A stretch of DNA of 64,000 nucleotides, from assembly GCF_009914755.1 (NCBI RefSeq), contig NC_060931.1; one strand, given 5' to 3'. The notes below the pieces were generated by a model, which saw nothing but the letters and a program-made list of their open reading frames with translations, ran no database searches and was not told the DNA's origin. The stretch is from the human T2T-CHM13v2.0 reference genome, Homo sapiens. The position numbers and the translations under genes were made by a program. This document shows positions 43,027 to 62,564 of the stretch, piece by piece; positions within the stretch are counted from its first letter, which is position 1; the number at the start of each line of letters is the position of its first letter.

Positions 43027-43812
43027 TCTAATAGTTAACATAATTTCCAATCCTAAAATGACCTTACAAGTATTATTTTTTATATTTTCACAGGTAGGGA
43101 AAATGGACTCAGAAAGTTAAAAACACGACATCACTAGTAAATAAAAAGACAGATTTGGACCTAGGTCTGTCCAACTTCATAGCCTATTTCTATTATATAA
43201 TACCATCGCTTGGCAATAAATTTCACTAAGTCTCCAATTTAGACTGCAAAAAAGTTTAGTATCTATTACCATATTTATATAATTTTACTTGGTAATAGAA
43301 GGAAAAAAATAAACATGCTCCAAAGATTACAATAGGTCTTTTGCTATCCTGTGTTTATTTTGGTGAAGCAAATGGAAACAATTGTCATCTCAAGATGATT
43401 TACTTTAAGGTCTATGAAAATCTTATATAGTATATACTAGAAAACAAACCACTTCAAAACTAACACAAAATTGAGTACAATGGACCATATTATACATATC
43501 CTTTACTTCTGAGAGATTTCTCTGGCATTTTTAATATAACTGCCTTTTAATTTTCATTAAAGTTTCATTTATATCTATACTGTAATAACATTAATACATT
43601 CTTCTCCAAATACCTCATATCACATTATGGTAGATGACTATAGCAAAAGATATGTTCCAGAACAGTCTCAATCTATAAAGTTACTACAACAAATCACCAT
43701 AACATCTTTAGGTCATCATGCACATTTTAAATAATTTGACATTTAAACAGAATTGAATCAAAATTCAGCAAATGAACCACACTACAGTGCTTGTCCCTTC
43801 TATCTAGACTCA

Positions 43813-44142
<330 letters not shown>

Positions 44143-44751
44143 TTAGACAACTAAAGTGAGTAACAGAAAATTGAATCACTAGTATTGGTATATTTAAATA
44201 GGGAGATTAAAAACTGCAAGTTAATAAATCAGTTTTATGCATTCTCGTTAGGTCCAGTAAAGAGGCTGATGAAAAAGAATCAGTGAGCATTTAACACTAT
44301 AGCTCTAGATAGTGTTTCATATTACATAGAATATCTTACATGATATAGTAAATGTACATAGTATATAGTACTACCAGATGTCATTTTTTACTTAAATTTG
44401 AATAATTAGAATATAGATTGTATGAAAAAATAGTCTATAGTTGGGATATGCTTTTAAATTTTTCCAAATACTTTTCCCTTCAATGAGACAATTGAAAGCA
44501 CTTTTGAGATCTAAAAGTTGACTGTCTCTTTCAAGAATTCCACCAAGTTGGCAGCCAACCACTTGAATACCAACAAAGCTGGAAAACTTAGCTAACACAA
44601 GCCTTGCTAAATACGTACCTTAAATGGGAGAAACCGTTATAATTAATATTGTAGCAATAAGGTTTAAGTAAAGTGGAAAAGCTTACAATTCATGAAATAG
44701 GATTGTTCTATTGAGTCATATACAAAGCATAAAGCAATGTTTCTCTTGTAA

Positions 44752-45090
<339 letters not shown>

Positions 45091-45558
45091 TAGTCCACAT
45101 TAGTGAGTTGCTGCTGCATTAGAGTCTGGCAGACTTGTCTGGAACACCACTGCTAATGGAGGCAAGCATCACTGTAGAGTCAATATACCACAGCCCAAAA
45201 GCCCAAACCAAGACAACGGTCTCTGACCCATGATACGAATTCTGAACAAAGACTTAATTTTTAATTCTTAGCCTATGAGATCCTATACTTTCATGCTAAA
45301 ACAGTTAAGTCTTTAGAATATTTTTAAAGATATGGAAGGGCCTGAAAATTACTGCATAAAGATTACCTTTACTGAAAAATGAAGTTAACATTGGGTTGCC
45401 TCACCCAGTAATGTCTCCTACCTCTTGTTATCGAACAGACCCTTTCCACAACCAAAAACCCCATTCTGCCTGTAGCTAAAAGAAGACTACACTGATGAAC
45501 AAAACCAAGAGCTACTTTATAGGTGATACTGCCTTTTCATTTTAAGCCCATTTCTTTA

Positions 45559-45899
<341 letters not shown>

Positions 45900-46394
45900 C
45901 TTATCAGCATCGAGGATACAACAGAAATAAGCGCTCAGAACTTACAGACATGAAACAAAAACACCGATCAACAATTGCAAGCTGTGATTAAACACAATGA
46001 AGAAGTCCACGTTCAAGACAGCATGTAGGCTGAGTAGCTAAACAGTCTGGAGGAGACTTTGGGGGCATTCTCCAAGAAAAGGGAGTTTGCACTGAGACAC
46101 AAGGGATGGGTGGCAGGTAAGCAGGCAAACAGGCTAGGAGAGAAGGAGAGAGGACTGGTCCAAGTAAAGGCCATGGCAAGGTCCTCATGGGCTGGGAGGA
46201 AGCGGAGCTGGAGTTCCCCGAGCAAGGAGAAGGCCCCATGCAGAGCCTTGGAGGCCCAGGCAGGAGGTGGGCAGTATCCTAGGGGTTTTAAACTTTAATC
46301 CTAAAAAGAGGATAGGCAGCCATAGAAAAGCTTTAAGCAGGTGAGTGCAGTCAGGGCAAAAACCAATACTCACTCATCACATTCTAATAGGAGT

Positions 46395-47155
<761 letters not shown>

Positions 47156-50100
47156 CACAAGAGCATAAATTTTACTCTGGCTGCAGGGAGGAGAAAGGAT
47201 TCAGCAAAGAGAGAAAGGATGCAGAGAGACCAGGTAGGAGGTGGCTGCTGTAATCTGGGCAATGCAATGATGGTCGCCTGGGTACCAGGTGGAGCTTGTA
47301 TATGGCGTTTTAGAGATAGTCTATTCTAGAAGTAATCATCTACATGAGTCAGGAAGAAAAAGTGGCAAAATAATACAAGTATCACATAATAATAGCCAAT
47401 ATAAATTAAGCACTATGTCTTAAGCATTTTTTATATTTTAGCTCTTGCAATCTTTACAATACTTCTACACGATCTCTCATACAAGAGACAAAAAGATCCG
47501 AATATACAAAGACATTACATTACTTTTTTCTATACTACCATCTTATTCTAAAAATGAAGCAATAAGAAATTTTTACCATTTTTCAAGATAATACAACATT
47601 TCATTTTATTTCCTCTTCTAGAATGTAGGCTCCATATAGAGACAATGTCTGTTTTGTCCATTGCCTTACACCTAACTCTTAGTGGGTGCTCAGTACATTA
47701 TTTGTTGAAAAAATGACTAGTCAGTCTCATCTACTGGGGGCAGTATAACATCTTACAACACAGCATAGTCTCAAGGACTGTGAAAACAAAGGAGGCTCTC
47801 ATTACCCTGACTAGCTACAAATATATAAATAAATCTAAGAATGAAAACAGCATTCCCTATGCAGTGTGATTTTGTTGATAGTTTTGTTTCTAGGTATTTG
47901 ACCCTCTGCTCTGGTTTCTAGGTCCTAAGGCTCCTTGAGAGCTGGGATTACTTTCATATTTCACACACCTTGGGAGGATGTTTATCACAATCAAAAATAA
48001 TTCACTTCAGAACTCCAAAGAACAATCTGTAGTAAACTGTACAGGCAATGAAAGTGATTCTGGAATAAGACTAAACGTGGGTTGTTCTTTGTTTTGTAGC
48101 CCATTTCCTAGGCCTTTCATTGCAAATTTAGCAACTGCAGAACTTAGACTGCACTCACAGTTTCAAATTAAAGTTATTAGCAAGTGGTGAGTGACAGTTC
48201 TTCAATCCCTCTTAAATGTGGGATTTCCCAAGATTCTGGCTCTACTGCCACGGCTGTGACCCAAACGGTCATCTCTACCATAATTTACTGCACTAGCCCC
48301 TCAGCTGTTTCCTCTTACTCTTCTTAACCCAATACAATCCATTCTCACCACTTCTGGATGATCTTTCTCAAGCACAAATCTGAGGTCATCCCCTGCTGGC
48401 TCTCGAGCAAGACCCTTCAAGACCTGACCTCAGCCTACTTCATGCACATCACTTGGTCTCTTCCATGCCCTCTTACTCTCATACCCAACTACTCCCTGAA
48501 GGGAAGGCATCTCTCATACTCAGGTATTTGCATGTGCTGCTTACCTGGCCTCTCAACACTGTCCCCATCCCTCTCTCCTCCCTAACTGCCCCTACTCCCC
48601 GCCAGCCCTGCCCGAGTCTTTCATACTCATCAGTTCTGACTTCAGAGATGGCTCCCTCCAGGAAGCTTTCCCTGACTGCCATTCTGCATACAACATCCCT
48701 GCTTCTCAGCTTGCAGAGTGCTTATACACGTAGAGTCCTAAGGACTATACTGCACTGTTTATAACTTTATCTTCCTCACTAGGCTGCCAACTCACAGAAA
48801 GCAAAAACTATGTCCCAGAACTTAGCACATACTCAACTTTCAGTAACATAGTAGAAATAACACCTAAGATATATGGAATGTTTGCTAGGTACCAGGCAAT
48901 CAATGTGTAGAATATTTCGCCTGCAACATCTCAATATCCATATCAGCTCTATAAAGCACATTATCATCATCTCAGCTTTACACATGAGGACACAGGCAGT
49001 AACCTGCCCATAATCACACAGCTCAGAAACTAAGGGACCAAGCTGTGATCTCCAGTCTGACTCTGGGGCCTATAACTTTAGCCTCTGTAAATAATGCACC
49101 AATACTGTCTCTGAGAGGAAGGTGAAAAATCCAGGAGAGAAAAAATCATTTTGGATCATTGCATCTACAGCACTTCATTTATATTAAGGTTGAAACACGT
49201 AATATTCCTGCTTTTATAGTCAAAAGCGCTCAAGTTTCTTATAATTTCTTGTAACTCAGGCAGAAGTAGGCATTCTTTCATGTGTTCCTTTAGTCATTTA
49301 ACAAACATCAAGTATGTATCAAGCATTTGTCAGGCACTATACTAGATACTGATGAGTCAGTAATGAACAAAGACTGACAGAATTCCTAACTTCTCAACCA
49401 CATGTCAGTAAGTATCTGTTAAATAAACAGAGAGGAGAATGCTTGAATAATTAGGCATAAAAACTGCTCTTAGATTTATAGAAAGCTACTAAAAGTATTT
49501 CATATATACTTCAGCTGTTTATTAGTGTGACATGTTCACTTTTTAATATAGGAGTTATAAGTATGTGTTCAACTAAATAAGTAGTATTTTTAAAGGAAAG
49601 ATTACAACTTGTCCTCTAAACTATTCACCTGTCACTTTTCATAGTATATTCTACCAGAAAAAAATGGTTAAACTTTTAAGGAAATCAGTTTGCTACTTTT
49701 TAAAGAAAATTTACATTGACTTAAATGTTAAAATATGATGAAGAATTAAGAGGCAGATAGGATAACATTTGACATAAAGTAGTCATTCAAGTATCTATTC
49801 AATGAATTAACTCCCAATTTTACTAGATTGCCTTAAAATATCTCAAATTCTCCATTCCATCAGACAGAAAACAGCCAGAGTAGATGTAAATAATTACAAA
49901 CAGACACTTATGGCCTTACACTATTTCAAACAATTGTATGAGACTCTAAACAGAAAATGGCATTTTAAACCAGTATTTCTCAAACTGCCAATTTCGGGTC
50001 CCATTAGAGTGTCATAAAATCAGTTTATAGTAAGTTTTAAAGCAACTTTGTTGGGTAAATGAAATGGAAATAGAACAGAAAAATTAAAATGCGTAGCACA

Positions 50101-52117
50101 GAGACAGGTTGTTTGCATGAATTTTCTTTCAAATGTGCGTGAGTATATAAGTAAATATGCATTTGTCACTGAGCCATGAGGCAAAAACGTAATTCTTGTA
50201 ACAGGTCAAAAAAAAGTTTGGAAAACACTATTTTAGAACGCTCTTCAGAGACAATAGGCTTATAAAGCTATTTTGGTCAGCAACCAAGCATACACCCAGT
50301 ACTTGCAAGTCTTTATAAGTACTGTTTGTATTTCTAAGGATTTATTCACATTCTTTTCTAGTTATAGAACTAAAAGTCTTTTATAGTATTAAAATTTAAT
50401 AATGTAAAATCATGGGACTTAAAAAGACCTTAAGTACCTCACACAGTGTCTACCGATCAAATATTTGCTGAATAAAGAGATCTAGCTTACCTCTTAACTG
50501 AGGACAAGTCCACACCAAACCCTCAGCAGCCTAATTCTGTCAAGTTCTCCTGAATATTTCCTTTCTAGCACATTCCATAGGCAAATAGGAACCTAGCCTT
50601 AAGCTCTATTACACCTACAGACATTGAGGAAGAAATATAATAACTCAAAAGTTATTTTCTCCTGGAATAACAAATATTGCTTACAGGAATACTCGGCCCA
50701 GACAGTTTTAACAGATCTATTGGGAACAGAACATTTTAACAAATGCTTTATGAAACAGATGGGAAAGATCAGGCCCTGTTAACACCTCTGAAAGCCCTCT
50801 CATCTAGTCTGCAGAGTTTGGCTGCAAGGGGACAGTGGCAGCTGCTGCTCATTTCCATGGCAGCCTTCACGGAAACTTGGCCTCTGGATTGTACTATGGA
50901 CATAATTCATAGATTTCTATTTCTCCATACTGACCCTGACGTTTTAGCAGCAAAATATTGAACTGGCATGATGGGGCTGAATCTTGGATTACCTTTGCAA
51001 TGTGAAGCCTTCCTACTATGGCCCATGAAGGCTCCCGGTTGTCAGGCCTCAGCCTACCTGCCTTAGACTTACCACTTATTTTGAAGGTGTTCCATGTGGT
51101 CCTTTGGAAATGTAACACTGACCTCTAATCATCTGACCTGTACAAAATACAAGTCCCATGACTCAGACTTGACCCTTTTATTAAGGAAGCCTTGAGACAA
51201 AATTTTAAGTCAAATTCATCTAACCACACAACTAAAAGCTTTCCTTTCTCATTCTGAATCTCTAATACAGTTAATCACTAAGAGCTATCAACACTAGCTA
51301 CTAAATATTTCTCCTGTCTTCTCTACTCCATTCCTGTTATCTCAGCCTAATTCAAGTGATCAACCTTGTTCATCTGGACTAACATTTATATCTTTACTTG
51401 TGTATCTTGTTCAACAGAATTTGCTGTGGTTTTCCAAAATCTAGGACAGAATATGTAAAAGTACACAAGAAAACAAATCGAATAAATGGACAAAAGTTTT
51501 TTTAAAAAACAAAGTTAATATAATGAAACACAGACTATGGAGTCTTAAACAATAATGAAATATAGACTTTCATTGATTTCCAAGCCCAATCTCAATCTGA
51601 AGATTTAGTTTCCATAATATAAACACATACAGATCTACAAAAGTGATTTTTCTCCCCAAATTTACCTGGAGTTGTCTGACTCAAGGAGACTAATTCACTC
51701 TAGCCAAACTGAAAATATTCTGAAACATGAATCAGTGCCAATAGATTAACATACAATGATACACACAACTATCATAAGGTCTAGAATACTTTTTAATCAG
51801 TGGAACAGCACATTTTCCTGTAGAAGATTTATAGGGGAGGCCGAGTTATAACAAACTTTGACAAGCATGAAACCATCTAAAGGAAAGTTATCTTAAGCAT
51901 TGTCCTCCACCTAAGAGAGCTCAAAAACCTCATGAACTATGAGGAAAGCCCTGCCAGACCTTGTTCAAATCCACTGTCAGGAATTCCCAACCCCTACCCA
52001 ACTCATCACCAAGTCTGAATAAGCATGGCCGAAGTTTGCCTTTCTTAATCCCTTTTGCTGTAGTTGTCATCTTAGTCTATTTTTCAGCTATTCCAGGTTG
52101 ACCACCCCCCTACCCCA

Positions 52118-52143
52118 ACACACACACACACACACACACACAC
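52118..52143. repeat. (CA)n microsatellite
   Basis: Pure AC run. Confidence 0.92.
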
Positions 52144-53880
52144 CCCATGACACTTTCCTTGTATATTTAAACCAGAAATTAGATTACTGGCAGGAATTTT
52201 TGCCTCCTACAACAGATCCAGGGAATACATTTTTTAAAACAGTAAAATCTAGATACATCAATTGATAAATTGTGAGTGAATGTTATGGTTTAATTGTCAG
52301 CTTTATGCCCCTGCCAATAACACCATTGTCATCTGATTTCTTGGAGCAACATTTCCTTATAGAAACTCAGGTCACAAAGCGATAGTTATCTAAGTGATTA
52401 GTACCCCTAATCTCAGTTTCTTGTTAGTAAAAGGCGAAAACTAAGATTCCCTTTAGTTTATAACCTGGGGTTCAACAATTATATTTCAGTTTGGTTAAAA
52501 AGCCAAAACAACTTTTGAAATCCTAGAAACATTTTTAATCAACTTCTGAAAGGGTCTAGTTCCCAGCATAAAGTAGAAATGAGTTGTTATATGTGATCCT
52601 TCCTAGTAATAGCCATATGCACAATTCTGGACTACCATTCTTTAAGATTGGAGTATATTAACCTATACACACATTCATGTATACTAATACATATGTCTAT
52701 ACATGTACATGATGTTTAATCATAATATACAAATATATCCACAAACAACATAATCTTGATATGTTAAATACTTAGCTTGTAAATCTCCATTTTCTCAGAG
52801 CCTTTAGCCAACATGCCTCAGATACTAGTGGGTTCAGAGGTACTTTTGAATCTCATTTAATCTGATAAGTAGTTTTCTAAGCAGTTTCAATGGCGCAAAG
52901 TAGAACTTGGCTAAACTAAAACTGTTCTGATTTTGACAAAAGGAAAATGGACAAGCAATCTGAAGTTCCAGTCAATTCACAAAATGGATTTTCTTTCAAT
53001 GTCTCCTCCAACTCCTTGATTTTAGAAGAATAGCTACTTTAATATATGGCATGTCTGAAAAGCAGAAAACTTCCTTGAGTCATCTATCTCAGGCACTAAG
53101 GATCTCACTGTATCAAAATGTAGTCTCTCTTAATTTCCCCACTGCCATAGAGTACCGAACTCAAGTCATTAGCTGTGCTAATTCTCAGCCAGAGAATAAG
53201 CCTCAGTATCTGTTAAAGATCTGGGAATTTTACTCTTCCTTTTGAAGGATTCAATCAGGTGTCCCCTTTTCATTGTTCTACCCCACCTCCAGAGATACCC
53301 TGTGCCTCTGATGTCTATACTTTTTCAAGGTCGTATAACTTTAATCATCTTACTTCCTGAGAAGTAAGTTCTACCTGAACTGAAGTTCTACCTGAAGGCT
53401 TATGTTTTAGCTTTCCTGGGTTCATTAAATCTGATTAGGTTACCACGCGCCTAGCTCTTGAGTTTATTAGTACTTATCTGCTGCACTTCCTCTCATTCTC
53501 CCTTCTGTAGCCATACATTTTTAGCTCCTTTAGATGGGTCAAGGAAGTAGTGGAAACAAATGTATGTGTAAGTGGCAGTCTTTAACTAGAGGCAAGACTA
53601 GCCATGTTTCCTTACATTTCCCTATCCCAATTTAGGAATTTGGGGCCAAAGTTCAGAAGTTTCTACCTTCTCTTTTGCAGTCCCCAATTAGTTCAAAATT
53701 CCAAAAGACAAATCAACCCATAAGAGTTATTTTCAATGGTAGTTTGAATTTCTTAGGTGAGATATTAAAAAATTACAACTTCTCAACCCTCTATTAGTGA
53801 GATAGCAAAAGTTTGGGCAAAGAATATCCTTACTTATGAGGGGCAAATAAAATGAATTTTGAAGTCAAATTCAGGGCATC

Positions 53881-55549
<1,669 letters not shown>

Positions 55550-56165
55550 ATCAAATTTGGGGTATCACATACAGCCCTTGAAAAACAAGAAATGACATTC
55601 TCTTAGAATAACCTAAATGATTGACAGTGGTGACACCCATTATTTTTCTTATTTGGGACAATGAGAACTGTGCTTTCTCTTTAATAAGCAAAAAGCATGC
55701 ATAATTTCTCAACAGAGCAAAAAAGTAGTCTTATAAGGCATTTTATACTTCCATGTCCTTTTCCTTATTTGAATTTGTATAAATTATCTTTTTTAATGAA
55801 GTGACTTAAGACTTTTGGCCCCATACCCTAAGAAAACTATCAACAGTCTGTAGGGCTGATCTTTTACAGAAGGAAGTAAGGGCTTTCACTTGGCAAATGG
55901 CCAAGCAGCACCCACACACTGCTATAAAGCAAGCTTTCTAAGGACTTCCTAGGATATACCCAAAATATAATCATGTTCCATAAGCTCTTCAGACATAATA
56001 GTGATAAAAATGAGCCATGAAGTATTTCAGAATGAAAATTTTGATGAGTTACTATTGCTATTAGGATTTTCTGACTGCTGTTATCAGTTAAGTAAAAGTA
56101 GAAGACAAACGTTTTATTTTCCATAAACAAGGCCTTTCCAAACATTATTTTCCTTTAAAAGTGAG

Positions 56166-56572
56166 TGTATTAGTCTGTTTTCACACTGCTATAAAGAACT
56201 GCCCAAGATTAAGTAATTTATAAAGGAAAGAGGTTTAATTGACTCACAGTTCAGCATGGCTGGGGAGGCCTCAGGAAACTTACAAGCATGGTGGAAGGTG
56301 AAGGGAAAGGAAGGTGCCTTCTTCACAAGGCAGCAGGAAGGAGAATGAACACAGGAGGAACTACGAAACACTAACAAAACTACCAGATCTCATGAGAACT
56401 CACTATCAAGAGACCAGCATGGGGGAAACAATCCCCATGATTCAATTACCTCCACCTGATCTCTGTCCCATGATTCAATTACTTCCACCTGATCTCTCCT
56501 TTAACATGCGGGGTTATGGGGATTAAAATTCAAGATGAGATTTTTGGGTGGAGACACAGCCAAACCATATCA
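56166..56572. mobile_element. THE1/MSTA MaLR solo LTR
   Basis: TGTATTAGTCTGTTTTCACACTGCT...CCAAACCATATCA with 5-bp TSD GTGAG and an internal ~33-bp duplication (CCCATGATTCAATTAC.TCCACCTGATCTC). Confidence 0.9.
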
Positions 56573-57007
56573 GTGAGATTTTTAGTGTCCACCTATCTTA
56601 GACTGCCTCAGAAGATGCAAAAAATTAAAGTTAATGCAAAAGTTTTCTCCATGGGAGAAAAGTTTAGTGTAAAAGTGACTATAATCCCCATAGCTAATTA
56701 CCACGCAGATAAAGATCCTGCTGGCCAAGACCCATTGTGTCCCACAGAAATGCCTTCATATATGAGCTATGTTGTCACAATGTTCATGGCACTGGAATAT
56801 TATAGGTAAGTGGTTCATGAAATGGTTTCAGGGACCCCTCTCCCCACTACCCAGAGAAATGGAATAAAGTTAGCAACTGGAATCATTTCAAATTTTGAGT
56901 TTCAGATGTAATCATTGGGCAGATTACCTAAATCAGTGATTATGGCTTTTTACACTTCCATTTTCCAAACTCCAATATTCAGAAAGTAAAATAGTCATAT
57001 GAGAACC

Positions 57008-57775
57008 TGAAACTGCCTTTGTGAAAATTATAACTGAGGAAATTAGGACAGTGAAAGATCAGTCCTAACTAACTCCATCTTGCTTCTAACCAGTAAGCTC
57101 ATTCCTTGGCATAGGCCGAACTAACCTTGGGAAGGAATTTAGTTTATGGTTTGACTCTGGAACAAAATTGATAATAGCCCTTTCCCAAAAAGACCCCTTT
57201 CTTGCCTGGGGACCAGTCTGCCTTCACAGGACTAACAAATTAGCTACAAGATTAGAAATTACAGTTTAGGGGTCATGCATCCTCTGGCTGCAAGAGTCTG
57301 AACCTCTCCAAATTGCTCCTGGGGATAACATCACTATTGTAAAACCTAAGATCAGTGCTTGAGATATTTTATAGACCCTTCACTCCATGAATCAGCTGAC
57401 ACCACCCAACCCAGTAATCTGTCTCAACCAGTTCTGCGATCCCACCCAGAAACAGAAGACACCAAGAAAACCTCACATAGACCCCCTATGATTCCATCTC
57501 CAAACTCATCAATTCGCACTCCCCACTTCCCGAGCCTCTACCCGCCAAATTATCTTTTAAAACTCCGATCCCGAAATGCTCGATTTGAGTAATAATTTTT
57601 GAGTAATAATTTTTTGAGTAATAATTTGATATGAGACTGATTTGAGTAATAATAAAACTCCAATCTCCCGCACAGCCGACTCTGCGTGAATTACTCTTTC
57701 TCCATTGCAATTCCCCTGTCTTGATAAATCCGCTCTGTTTAGGCAGGGGCAAGGTGAACCCGTGGGGCGGTTACA
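57008..57775 (+). mobile_element. ERV1 solo LTR (LTR8-like)
   Basis: TGAAACTGCCTTTG...GGGCGGTTACA, flanked by GAAC(C/A), with reiterated TTTGAGTAATAAT before the poly(A) signal. Confidence 0.85.
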
Positions 57776-58379
57776 GAACAACTTGAACCTTTTGGCTTTT
57801 GAAGCATGTGTGAGGGTTTGCGTGGGGCTCCTTTCTGGGGAACGTGCCACTTCCCTTGGACTAGAACCTCACTAGCTTGGTTTTCAAAACCTCCTGCAAA
57901 GGCAATGTATGCTAAAGGATGACATCTATCTGGAAATGCAAATGGTTCGCATCAATTCAAGGCTTCACAAACTACCACAGCTCCCCACTGGCTTCAGAGA
58001 AGTTCAAACACCTTAGCAAAATTATGTGGATATTTGTAATGCCGCTGCTTCCCACCCCTGCACCCTCGCCCCAAGCTCCACCTCATTACTCAGTGCTAAA
58101 AGCAAAGTAAGTTAATATTATAACATACCCCTTCATTTCACTTCCTCAGCTCCTCACGACTGTTCCCCTAGTCCTCCTTATCCCATTCCCTGTCTCCTTC
58201 ATTTCCCCAACTAGTTAACTTCAGTGCCCTTTCTAAGATAAAGGGGGTATGACCTCAAATTCAGGCTTAAAGCCCTTTCCACCATTGAAAGGTTATTAAA
58301 TTCTGCTCCTCTCCCCTCCTGCAGCACCTAGTAATTAGCGCAGCCTGTCTCACAGAAGGTGCTCAGTAAATGAATGAAA

Positions 58380-59400
<1,021 letters not shown>

Positions 59401-59649
59401 CGCCCTACATATCTAAAGATCGCAGATACTCAAGGGCCATGAGTATGCAGGAGAGGTCAGGCCTCTGTCCCATCCCTCCCTGCTTTAAAATTTCGGAAGA
59501 GATTGGGATTCAAGTCACAGGATGGGACGTAGGGTGCGTATGCACCTCGATTATCTGAATTCCATTAAGCTCTGGAGGCTTCCTGGTTCCACCTGGGGTA
59601 AAGACAGATGGATTAGCAAGTGTTATTGTGGCACATCAATAATCCAAAC

Positions 59650-59812
59650 TGTGGTGGCTCTCAAACTTGTCTGCACTTTGGAACCACCTGGGGAGCGTGT
59701 CCTGACACGCTCAGAGATTGGGATTTAATTGGTCTGGTGAGCACCGGACTTTGGAATGTTTTTAAAGATCCTCGGGTGATTCTGATGAGCAGGCATGTTT
59801 TGGAACCATAGG
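59650..59812. mobile_element. MER5A-like hAT MITE
   Basis: CTCTCAAACTT...CACCTGGGGAGC...GGTGATTCTGATG...TTGGAACCA. Confidence 0.6.
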
Positions 59813-61864
59813 GTCAAAGCAATACTAATTGCTGAACAATCGATACACCTTATGTCATTTAGTCCCCAGAAGAACTCAACTATTGCCATTTCCCTTTTTA
59901 CAAAGGGGAAAAGACGTTAAAATGGTTAATTTATGTAAGATTGCACAACTAATGGCAGAGGAGCCTTAAGGCCCTCATACAGAAGTAGGCCAAAGTTGAA
60001 GAATTCCAGGCCTAAAGCATATCTTACCTTATTTAGTACTCTTGTTGCTGGTGAGGTTTACCATGAAAGTATAGTGAGAATTTGGAGGAGAGCACTATTG
60101 TATTAGGTCCCTGGAATGTAAACTCCATGCAAGCAGCAACATTTTTCTTTTGGCTTGGGTTGTGTGTGTGTGCCCAGCTCCTGGAATGTAACACAAGCTT
60201 AATATGTATTGAATGAATTGCTGATTAAATAGATTAATGATCATTAAAGTGTATAATCATCAGTAATTCAGTCTTAATCCAGTGGCTTATGATTAATAAA
60301 AAATCTTTTTAAACACTGGAAATGTTATCTAGTTGTAGTATTACAATTTTTATTTTAACCTGTTTTCTTGAGAGCATATAAAAATATGTTTTCTGCTTTT
60401 CCTTTTTGTTTAGTCTTATTGAAGGCATTCTTTCACTTTTGTTACTTTTATTATAATTAGCATTTAGGTCCTGTGCTAGTTGGTTTCTTAACTGAAAAGT
60501 GGGTGCCATAATATACTTCCTTGTAATTTTTATTGCTATCGTTCCTTTCTAATTTGATCTCGAGGTCTCTCTCTTAAGAGTGGCCATAAGCCAGAACAGC
60601 CACTCTTCAGGAGAGCCCTGGCCCAGAGAGGAAAGCTAGGTTCTGGTGTGCAGGTGAGACGCCAGAGGAGGCAGCACACAAAACATGTGAAATAACAGGC
60701 GCATTTTATTACTTACAGATTCACCAGAGAATAAGCCTGATGGAAGTCTGGAGATAACAGGACTCCCAACCAGCAGGTGGGGTGCAAGAGAGAGGACCTG
60801 TGGGGCTGTGTTAAGGTCCAAAGGCTTTATCCCTTAGGCTTTCCAGAGGGGGTTGTGGATTGACTAGTTTAAAGAAAACACCAGCAAAGGGAGAACTTGA
60901 CTCTGGTGTTGACCATTGGGTTTTATCATGGTTAGCAGCTGTTGGGTTTTTGGTCATGGAATGAGGAATAAGTGTTCTATATCACAGGGAGGGGAAGTTT
61001 TAAGTAGGCCACAGGTGACGTGATACAACTGGGTTTCAAACAGCTTATATCAGGCCTAAAAATGGATGCCCAGGCAGCAACTATATTAAACAAGTTTGGC
61101 ACAATACTTGACTTCATAGCGCCACTACCACACCTGTATCAAGCATTTAAATATCTGTTGACTAACTGGGTGGATAAATAAATGAGTCTATCTATGAGAG
61201 CAGGAAGGCAAATCGAATTAGTATTTCTATTAATATTGATCTTTAAACCTCCCTTTTTAATCTAAAGGTGGAGTTGTTATAAAGGTATTCTTCCTTTACT
61301 TAATCTTGAGTGAAGAAAAGTAGAGTAATAAAGCTCTTGTTATACTAATTGCTATAGAATAATTTTATATAATTAAACATTGACAAATTTTAACTAGAAT
61401 CTTAGTTTTGTTCTTAGAGCAGATATATCAATTTAGATCTTCCATGAATCCTTAGATCCTTAGATCTTATATACTGTATATTAACAATGTCTAGCAGACC
61501 AACTTGTAGAGAAAAAAGGGCACATTAAAGTATTCATTCATATATGTAGTATGAAGCAACATTTTTCTCTCTGTCCTTTTTATATAAATATAATTAGTTC
61601 CATGTTTTGCATACTTTGGGGTAACAGATGTAGCTTCCTTGTTACTTAATACCAAGTTATAGCAGCCACAATATGAGAATATCTTCTCTGCATCAGGCAT
61701 GTGAAAGTACATACCCTGAAAAGTGAACTCCTCTGGGACCCATTGGTAATAACAATTCTAAGATATCACTTGAAGAGTTTAGAAAAAATAAACCCCAACT
61801 GAATCATGAGGCAGAGCATGCAGAGTTGGAAGTTCCTGGAGTGGTTTCCATTTTGAGCTTCCAA

Positions 61865-62300
61865 GTAGGCAAAATAATGACTCCCCAAAGATGCCCATGC
61901 TCTTATCTCCAGAAGCTATGAATATGTTACCTTACACTGCTAAAGAGACATTGCAGATGTGATTAAGTGAAGGATCTCAAGATGGAGGGGAGTAGCCTGG
62001 ATTATCCAGGTGGGCCCTGTGTAATCTCTGGCATCCTTATAGGAGAGAGGTCAGAGTTAGAGAAGGAGGTATGAGGATGGAAGCAGCCATCAGAGTGCAG
62101 AGGGGTGGGAATGTAGGCAACCTCTAAAAGCTGGAAAAGGCAAGGAAACAGGTTTTTCTCTTAGAGCCTGCAGAATAATATAGCCCTGCCACCCCATTTT
62201 CAGATTTCTGATATCCAGAACTGTAAGATAACATACTTGAGTTGTTTTAAGCTGCTAAATCTGTGGTAATTTATTATAGCAGCAAGAGGAAACTAATACA
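61865..62300. mobile_element. MLT1D-like LTR
   Basis: CCCCAAAGATGCCCATG...GAATATGTTACCTTAC...GGATTATCCAGGTGGGCCC...GGAAACTAATACA. Confidence 0.85.
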
Positions 62301-62564
62301 GGCTTCACACTGAGGAAGATTCTCATTTGGACTATAATCTGCAAATGAAGTTATACGTAGTTAGAAATGCAGTAATATGATTGAAAAAATAAGGCACTGT
62401 TCATTCAACTTTATGTCTCGTTACTAGAACCCCAGTATTGACTTTTAAAATAAATCCTTTGTCTTGTGAATTTAAAAATGTATTATAAATGTTTAAAGCA
62501 TAACTTTGTTAAATGTATACCACGATTTCATAACCTGGCTTTGGCATGCCTTTAATTTTTTAAA

